Shown here piece by piece: positions 25,726 through 32,000 of a stretch of DNA of 32,000 bases (position 1 is the first letter of the stretch; the number at the start of each line of letters is the position of its first letter). Made by a program: the position numbers and the translations under genes. This stretch comes from Sulfolobus acidocaldarius DSM 639 (GTDB lineage Archaea > Thermoproteota > Thermoprotei_A > Sulfolobales > Sulfolobaceae): the NCBI RefSeq assembly GCF_000012285.1, contig NC_007181.1, positions 960,001 through 992,000 on the forward strand, given 5' to 3'. Under the pieces are notes generated by a model, which was not told where the DNA came from, ran no database searches, and saw only the letters and a list, made by a program, of their open reading frames with translations.

Positions 25726-26256
25726 ATGGAAGTTGCAACTTTAGGCGGAGGTTGCTTCTGGTGCACAGAAGCAGTGTTTAAGAGAGTTAAAGGTGTAGTA
25801 AGTGTTAAACCGGGTTATTCCGGTGGAAAAGTTCCAAATCCAACTTATGAAGAAGTATGCACAGACGAGACAGGACATGCTGAGGTAGTCCAGATAACCT
25901 TCGATCCCTCAGTCATCACATATAGGGAATTGCTCGAGATATTTTTTGAAATTCATGATCCAACTACACCCAATAGACAAGGTAATGATGTAGGCTCTCA
26001 ATACAGATCAATAATACTCTATCATAGTGAGGAACAGAAGAAGATCGCCGAGGAGATGATTAAGCTTTACGAGAGGAAGTTAGGTAAAAAGGTCGTTACC
26101 GAGTTAGTACCTTTTGAAGCATTTTATGAGGCTGAGGATTATCATCATGACTTTTACGACAAGCACAAGAATTATCCCTATTGCAAATTAGTTATTGACC
26201 CTAAAGTAAAGAAATTTATGAAAAACTTCCCAGATAAGGCTTCAATAAGGATCTAA
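25726..26256 (+). CDS. msrA: Peptide-methionine (S)-S-oxide reductase
   Basis: It has the MsrA active site [12 protein letters not shown], plus [12 protein letters not shown] and [11 protein letters not shown]. The ORF is open from ATG 25690, but the family N-terminus fits ATG 25726 ([12 protein letters not shown]). Confidence 0.85.
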   Translation: MEVATLGGGCFWCTEAVFKRVKGVVSVKPGYSGGKVPNPTYEEVCTDETGHAEVVQITFDPSVITYRELLEIFFEIHDPTTPNRQGNDVGSQYRSIILYHSEEQKKIAEEMIKLYERKLGKKVVTELVPFEAFYEAEDYHHDFYDKHKNYPYCKLVIDPKVKKFMKNFPDKASIRI

Positions 26257-27056
26257 TGCACTGTACTGTTAATAGAATAGTGGTTGATTTATAAATGACT
26301 TTGTAAATAGATTATAAACTCAAGTGAATAAAAATTTTTAATCTTTTGATTTATGCTCCTTTCTTATACTATATTTATTAATTTATCGACACTGTATCAT
26401 TAAAATATTTTGAATGTGCACTTTTATACATATAAGAGACCATGTTATTGGCATTCAAAAATATTTAGTCATTGAAAATTGTGCTAAAACCCTGGTTTAA
26501 GGAGGATCTAGATGTTGAAAAAACTACAAAATAGTGATTTAGTTAGTTCGAGTCTTGACAGATTTTTTTAATTAATTACAACAAATTATACAATATTATA
26601 ATAGAGTAGGTAGGTGAACCTGGATTACTAATAGATTAGGGGGTAAATATTAAAAGCCTCAATTTTCTACCAACTATTTTCATGTAATAATATTTAAATA
26701 CATGTAAATTGAAAAACCGTTTACTTAAACTTTTTAAAACACTCCCAGAGGGATAGGGGCTAACAAGAGCAAATAATTTTTATCTGTATGTTCTAAAAAT
26801 TAAAGTAAAAATGATTTTTATAGTTGGAAATTTTCTAGTTCCTTGCAACTCTGTAGTATTATATAAGTATTGACGTGAATTTTGCGTTTAGTGAAATCAC
26901 GTAGAGCCGAATTTTGTACGCTTTTCAAACGTTAAACCTATATTAGAGTAAAAATAACAGCAGGGAATTCACAGGAGAGTTAAGCTTTCGGCCAAGATTT
27001 TAGGTGGTTATTATTTTTTATATTAATTAACCTTAAAAAGGACTAAAATTTTTACG

Positions 27057-27066
27057 TATTTAAATA
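27057..27066 (+). promoter_or_regulatory. Palindromic TATA-like box TATTTAAATA upstream of the ArnR-type regulator gene
   Basis: The element ends 20 nt upstream of ATG 27087 (centre about 26 nt upstream). An identical 10-mer also occurs at 26691-26700. Confidence 0.4.
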
Positions 27067-27086
27067 CCTGTGTATTATCATTATGA

Positions 27087-27896
27087 ATGTCTTCCATGAA
27101 TAAGAGAGTGTTTGACATACTTAGAGAATTAGACTCTCTTGTCGATTTCTCTAGGGCAAAACTACAGTGGGATATATTAATTATACTTGCAACCAAAGGA
27201 CCATCATCGACAACAGAAATCTCACAAACAATAAACACAAGCAGAAAATCCATAATAGACGCAATAAGAAAACTAGTTGACAAAGAACTTGTAACAAAAG
27301 TTAAAGGAGATATATATGGTCTATCTGAAAAAGGGGAGAAGTTACTAGAAAGTTTTGACTCTATAATGTCTATTAATGTAACAGATAAACCTGATTCTTC
27401 CATAGAAAGTAACAGTATCAGTTTGACCAACATAGCAGAATATTTTTACATGCTAGAGATCTTAAAGATGGCACTTTTAAATAAACAGATAACCATAGAT
27501 AAGGCTTCTCATGAACTCGGAATTTCTAAGCAGACCCTAAAATATTACATAGAGACCTTTACGGAAAATAAACTCCTGAAAGTAGTAAATCAGGAGAGTG
27601 TTTTAGGGAAGTCAAAAAAGATATATGTTTTAACTGATGAGAGCCGTAAGTTAGTATCTAGACTACCTGAGCTTACACGACTTAAGAGAAACCTACCCCT
27701 TAAGATCCTGTTAAAACTCACGGGAAGTTATAGATACGAGATCGCCTTAACTAAAGTAATGCTATTCAACGTGATATCAATTCCGGTTCTTATGTATCTC
27801 AAGGATCAGTTGGGTATATTGGAAGCGATATGGTTATATGTGATAATTCTACTTCCGTTACTTTCGATATTCGCAGAAATATTTAACAGGATATAA
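27087..27896 (+). CDS. arnR1: Membrane-bound HTH transcription regulator of the ArnR family (archaellum regulator; position matches ArnR1)
   Basis: It has two HTH-like segments (STTEISQTINTSRKSIIDAIRKLVDKELV and ITIDKASHELGISKQTLKYYIETFTENKLL). Two C-terminal TM helices follow (VMLFNVISIPVLMYL; AIWLYVIILLPLLSIFAEIF). It is convergent with flaJ, as I recall for Saci_1171. Confidence 0.7.
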   Translation: MSSMNKRVFDILRELDSLVDFSRAKLQWDILIILATKGPSSTTEISQTINTSRKSIIDAIRKLVDKELVTKVKGDIYGLSEKGEKLLESFDSIMSINVTDKPDSSIESNSISLTNIAEYFYMLEILKMALLNKQITIDKASHELGISKQTLKYYIETFTENKLLKVVNQESVLGKSKKIYVLTDESRKLVSRLPELTRLKRNLPLKILLKLTGSYRYEIALTKVMLFNVISIPVLMYLKDQLGILEAIWLYVIILLPLLSIFAEIFNRI

Positions 27897-27940
27897 TTTA
27901 AGGTCCTTTCAAAATAAGTACCTTTGGTCATATATTTTCA

Positions 27941-29377
27941 TCAAGTTGTATTCTGAATGCCACTAATTATACCTCCAGATGAAAAAGCTTGAAACAGTTG
28001 CGCGGTGAGCGTTAATATGACATAATACGATATCGCGCTCATAATCATAAGTAGACCTATAAAGTATAGGCTTGCATAAATAGACTTACCATAAGCCAAA
28101 GATATCGCCATCCCATTCGCAAAACTCATGACGAAAAGCATTATTAAAAATATTTTAGAAACAAATCCTATATCAATAGGGTTGAACGCTATTACCGAAG
28201 CCAATTCACCAATCGAAAATAAATTATTCAGCATACTAGTTATAGAGATTAAGGCAGCAGAAACGCCTGCTGAGGACACTTGAAGTGCGTATATAGAAGC
28301 CTCGAAAGCCCTACCGTTCTGCTCCTTTCTGGCTCTTATATTCAGTACTACATCACCTATTTTACTTAATATCTCTCCGGTGATCAACATATTACCTCCA
28401 TTACTAATTGTCTCGTACAAGATCTCACTGAGCATAGTTACGAGTACGCTTTTACTTTCTCTTCCCATAAGGGAAAAAATTTTGCTTTTATTAACTCCTA
28501 AGTTTAGCCTGTTTAATGCCCTTCTTATCATAGGTTTTGCAGAACCTAAATCACCCCTTAAAACAGCCATCAGTGACTCCTTTAGATTGTTTACAACTGA
28601 ATAATTTCTAGTAAAATAACGCGTAAATAACAAAAAATATCTCTCTAAATTATTTATTTTATTTTCAAATATCCTGTATCTCATTCCCACTCCTAAATAG
28701 AGAACTCCTGTTATTATCATTGTTATAAATGATGTATAGGTTAGATTTAATGCAATTCCCAGTAAAATTAAAGCAGTTAATAAAAGTCTGTCTCTACTAC
28801 TATATCGCATATAGCTTTCAGGTTTATATATATAGTACATGATTACAGTTAAATTAACTAAGATGACCGTGGAGAGAAAGAAAATCTGTAATAGTATACT
28901 AGAACCACCAGAGTAAAGAACTGATAGGACAGTCATGTCTGCTACGAGAAATGCTAAAGAACTATTCAAGGTTGCATAGACTGTGAGGAAATTGTTCATA
29001 GATTCAATAACTCTAGCTGAGTGAGAACTGTACTCAGCCAATGAGAAATCTATTTCCCTCTCTAGAAACTGAACCATGTCGTCTCCAAAAGTAACGGCCT
29101 GTGATAATCTTACCAGAAATTCACTTAGAAATTTTACTTTAGAATTTCTTATAGCATAGTTTATTCCTTGTGAAAATTTATATCTAAATCCTGATACTAA
29201 ATTCTTTATTCTCCTAAAGACCTTCAAATACGGATGAAAAGAGTCCTTATTTGATACTTTTAACAAAACCGTTTCAGGGGGCAACCCTGCAGAAAAGAGA
29301 GCCATCATGAAAGCTAACATAAAGATATATTTAGAGTCCATTTCCTCTTTTTTATTCCTGTCAAATATTACTGACAT
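27941..29377 (-). CDS. flaJ: Archaellum polytopic membrane platform protein FlaJ/ArlJ
   Basis: This 478-aa multi-TM protein alternates cytoplasmic blocks with TM bundles (TadC/GspF-like). It lies immediately downstream of flaI, overlapping it by 17 nt. Confidence 0.85.
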
Positions 29378-30902
29378 ATTTTATCGCCTCCTCCAAACCC
29401 ATCTGTCTCGCTCTTAAAATATAATCCCAAACATCATAATAGTTGAATATCTTCTTCTCTACAAGAAGATTTAAAAACCTGGATCGCATCTGCAACTCAT
29501 CATATAACAAGCCGATATTCCTTCTATCTATGCCCCTCTTGACTGCTATCTTGTTCTCGATTAGATATGAAGATCCTTTTCCAGCAAATAACATCTTATC
29601 CTGAACTGAATCATACGTAAATGCAGGGATATAAACTACGTCATTTGTCACAGGATCTATGTCTATTATTTCGTCGACCTCGACAACCCTCCTGATTAGA
29701 TTCCCTTTCTTATCGTATAAGGCAGTTTGAAATAACGCAATATTCAAGTTATTAATATAACTCTTTGGAACCTCTATAGGATAACCAGTAAGTCGCTGTA
29801 TTAACGTCGTTATATTCGCTGCATGAAACGTTGCCATTACTGAGTGACCAGTTTGCATAGCCTGAAAGGCGACATTTCCCTCCTTGTCTCTAATTTCTCC
29901 CACAAGTATGTAGTTTGGTCTTTGTCTTAATGCAGCTTTAAGTAAGTCAAATAATTTTATTGTACCTTCACCACCAGTTTCTCTAGTGACCTCTGCAACC
30001 CAATTTGAATGCGGAACCGTCAATTCTGGAGTGTCCTCAATAGTAACTATCTTTAGATTTGGGGGAATGAAAGCAGTTATGGCATTTAATGTAGTTGTCT
30101 TTCCAGATGCGGTTTCTCCACATACAAAAAGATTCATTCCCTCATCCAGCATAGTCCATATATATGCCGCCATCATAGAGGATAATGTTCCAAACATGAT
30201 GAGTTGAGTTATACTGGTTGGAACTCTACTAAATTTCCTGACAGTTAGATTTGATCCTCTTCTACTTATATCAACACCGTACACAAAATTTACCCTAGAA
30301 CCGTCAGGCAGACTCGCATCAACTACTGGTCTGTTATGAGAAACGGGCCTATATGACTTTTCACTGAGGGAAACTATTAGATTATCTAACTCTTCATAAT
30401 TCTCAAATTTAATTGAAGTTCTCATTGGACCGAAAACCTTATGAACGATATATACATGTCCTAGCCCTGGTATTGATATATCTTCTATGTAAGGATCTCT
30501 AATGAGAGGTTCTAATGAACCTGTATATAACTTATCCCTGATGAAATGGTAAATAACATATTCCTTTGGAACAGAAAGCCTCATTCTTAGAAGGATTTTA
30601 TCTAATATTGAGCGTATTAATTTTTCTTTCTCCTTAGTATCTTCTGGTGGTTCCTTATCGCCGATAGATAAGGCAAACTTCTCCTCTATTTCCTCCATTT
30701 CATCATGAGTAGGTCTAGGAGGTTCTATAACATTATATTGATTATAGCCATCCTCACTTTTTATACTCTGAATATGAATATAAACAAAATCGTCTACTCT
30801 ATAGATTGCATTAAATATTTTGCTCCCCTTCAAGATATTTGGGTTTTCTATTATTGTAGGTCTTTCCTGAAGTTTTGTTAAATAGTCTTCCACGAAGCTC
30901 AT
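29361..30902 (-). CDS. flaI: Archaellum motor/assembly ATPase FlaI/ArlI (type II/IV secretion ATPase superfamily)
   Basis: This is a 513-aa ORF. It has Walker [10 protein letters not shown], Walker B/Asp box ILVGEIRD, and a His box (ATFHA). It lies between flaH and flaJ. Confidence 0.9.
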
Positions 30903-30905
30903 GAC

Positions 30906-31607
30906 TTATGCCCTCGATAAGGATAATGGTACAACCTTAATGCCCAGCGCAGGATCCACATCAAAAGAAATTGTGTCTGAACCAGATATTCCTCCTGTAG
31001 TTTTTACTCTTTCTAGGATCTTTACTCTTCTTCCACCTATAGTCGCAGCCGAGAGCTTAAGATACACATCAACTATACTAGTTATTTTACTCTTCATTTC
31101 CTCGTCAAAAGTATCTGGATGAATAGTGAATAGAATCATTTTACCCGTATTAACTAAGACCCTGATGTCCTTCATAAATTGTAATAACTGCTTCTCCTTT
31201 GAGAAAGCAGCTAGTATTGACAAACTATCGATTACGATGAAGTCTATATTTTTACTTCTTATAAAGTTTACAATAACATCTAAAATTTTCTCAGCTAAAC
31301 TAGAGTTCCAATTAAATTTCTTCGTATTCAATGGAGCAATTCTTAGTTTTCCCCTTATAAAGTATGGTATTAAATCGATCTTTATTTCCTTCATCTTAAT
31401 CAAGTAATCTTTAGTAGTCTGCTCCGTAGTAATCACATATCCCTTCTTATCTGACAATAGAAAACCTAATACGAATTGAGCAGATAACACACTCTTACCC
31501 GTGCCATGATCTCCTTCTATCATTATCGATGCTGGATATGGTATTCCTCCTAGTCTTCTATCTAGATCGTCATTACCGGTACTTATAATCATAGGCTTCC
31601 CCTCCAT
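30906..31607 (-). CDS. flaH: Archaellum RecA/KaiC-like ATP-binding protein FlaH/ArlH
   Basis: It has Walker A GDHGTGKS within a KaiC/RecA-like core. The alternative start ATG 31592 (MIISTGNDDL) forms an ATGA overlap with the flaF stop. Confidence 0.85.
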   Translation of the reverse strand: MEGKPMIISTGNDDLDRRLGGIPYPASIMIEGDHGTGKSVLSAQFVLGFLLSDKKGYVITTEQTTKDYLIKMKEIKIDLIPYFIRGKLRIAPLNTKKFNWNSSLAEKILDVIVNFIRSKNIDFIVIDSLSILAAFSKEKQLLQFMKDIRVLVNTGKMILFTIHPDTFDEEMKSKITSIVDVYLKLSAATIGGRRVKILERVKTTGGISGSDTISFDVDPALGIKVVPLSLSRA

Positions 31608-32000
31608 ATTACCGATGGACCATAGTTTGTTACAATGACTACTGTAGCTTGAGTATTTGGATACGGAGGATATGGCAGAATGATAGTTAAAGTAGCCTGA
31701 GAGCCTGGAGCTAACAAAGGAGTATTAATTGTCCAATAATAAGGGCTAGGGTTAGAGTTCTTTGTGTAGTTATATAACGAGAGATTGAAAGTTGAGATAT
31801 TGCTAATGTTAGCATAGTATTGTACTATAACGGAAAAACCTTGAAAATCATACAGATTAGTAGATCCATTATTTTCTAACACAACATTCAAAGTACTTCC
31901 CGTTAATGATACGGAGCTTACAGTTATCTTCGTTTCTAACTGTTCTAATTCCAATTCATGATTTAATTCTTGTGCTTGATTCAAAATTTGCTGGCTCTTA
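31589..32000 (-). CDS. flaF: Archaellum stator/S-layer-binding beta-sandwich protein FlaF/ArlF, 5'-partial (N-terminus beyond the window)
   Basis: The reading frame stays open to nt 32000 (..KSQQILNQAQELN..); the track start is an internal TTG. Beta-rich sequence follows a helical segment. The position directly upstream of flaH matches the crenarchaeal order flaG-flaF-flaH-flaI-flaJ. Confidence 0.7.
   Translation of the reverse strand, partial: KSQQILNQAQELNHELELEQLETKITVSSVSLTGSTLNVVLENNGSTNLYDFQGFSVIVQYYANISNISTFNLSLYNYTKNSNPSPYYWTINTPLLAPGSQATLTIILPYPPYPNTQATVVIVTNYGPSVIWRGSL

Noticed and set aside
26257-27086. The long AT-rich non-coding tract as a replication origin
   Set aside because: There is no adjacent orc1/cdc6 or whiP gene, and I could identify no repeated ORB-like elements. 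From memory, the locus does not correspond to any of the three mapped S. acidocaldarius origins.
27023-27433. A 136-aa minus-strand ORF overlapping the 5' part of the ArnR-type gene
   Set aside because: It is antisense to a gene with clear HTH motifs. The product is low-complexity and S/L/F-rich, typical of the shadow frame of a K/E-rich gene. It has no promoter or start context.
1-32000. A scan for CRISPR arrays, tRNA/rRNA genes and long nucleotide-level tandem repeats
   Set aside because: I saw no regularly spaced direct repeats, no GC-rich cloverleaf-like islands in intergenic regions, and no long tandem DNA repeats. The only periodicities are protein-level: the repeats in the 569-aa protein, the amylase N-domains, and the Ser/Thr stalks.

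Overview
This is an AT-rich crenarchaeal (Sulfolobales-type) chromosomal segment. I call about 27 intact protein-coding genes and two decayed ones, and I found no rRNA, tRNA or CRISPR array. The gene order from about 12.7 kb onward is malA, malR, a GH57 membrane amylase, malG-malF-malE, divergent malK, then trxB, msrA, a membrane-bound HTH regulator, and flaJ-flaI-flaH-flaF. From memory, this matches the Sulfolobus acidocaldarius maltose regulon and the 3' end of its archaellum operon (roughly Saci_1160-1175); I cannot verify that here.

Layout:
- 1-2.5 kb: two secreted or anchored glycoproteins, one of them PNGase-A-like.
- 2.5-7.7 kb: metabolic and housekeeping genes, including a frameshifted acyl-CoA synthetase, a YbaK-like deacylase, an SDR, a GATase and an ADC-family protein.
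- 7.7-12.7 kb: an islet of orphan genes with a decayed transposase gene.
- 12.7-23 kb: the mal regulon.
- 23-26.3 kb: a CBS protein, AlaX-S, TrxB and MsrA.
- 26.3-27.1 kb: an unusually long (about 830 bp) non-coding tract.
- 27.1-32 kb: an ArnR-type regulator and archaellum genes.

The best candidate for an undescribed system is the translationally coupled minus-strand pair at 7901-10697. It encodes a 368-aa protein of unrecognisable family and a 569-aa protein. The larger protein has a low-complexity N-terminus, three proline-motif repeats and a C-terminal PD-(D/E)xK nuclease-like signature. The pair lies next to the transposase remnant. All functional calls come from reading motifs by eye; no searches were run.
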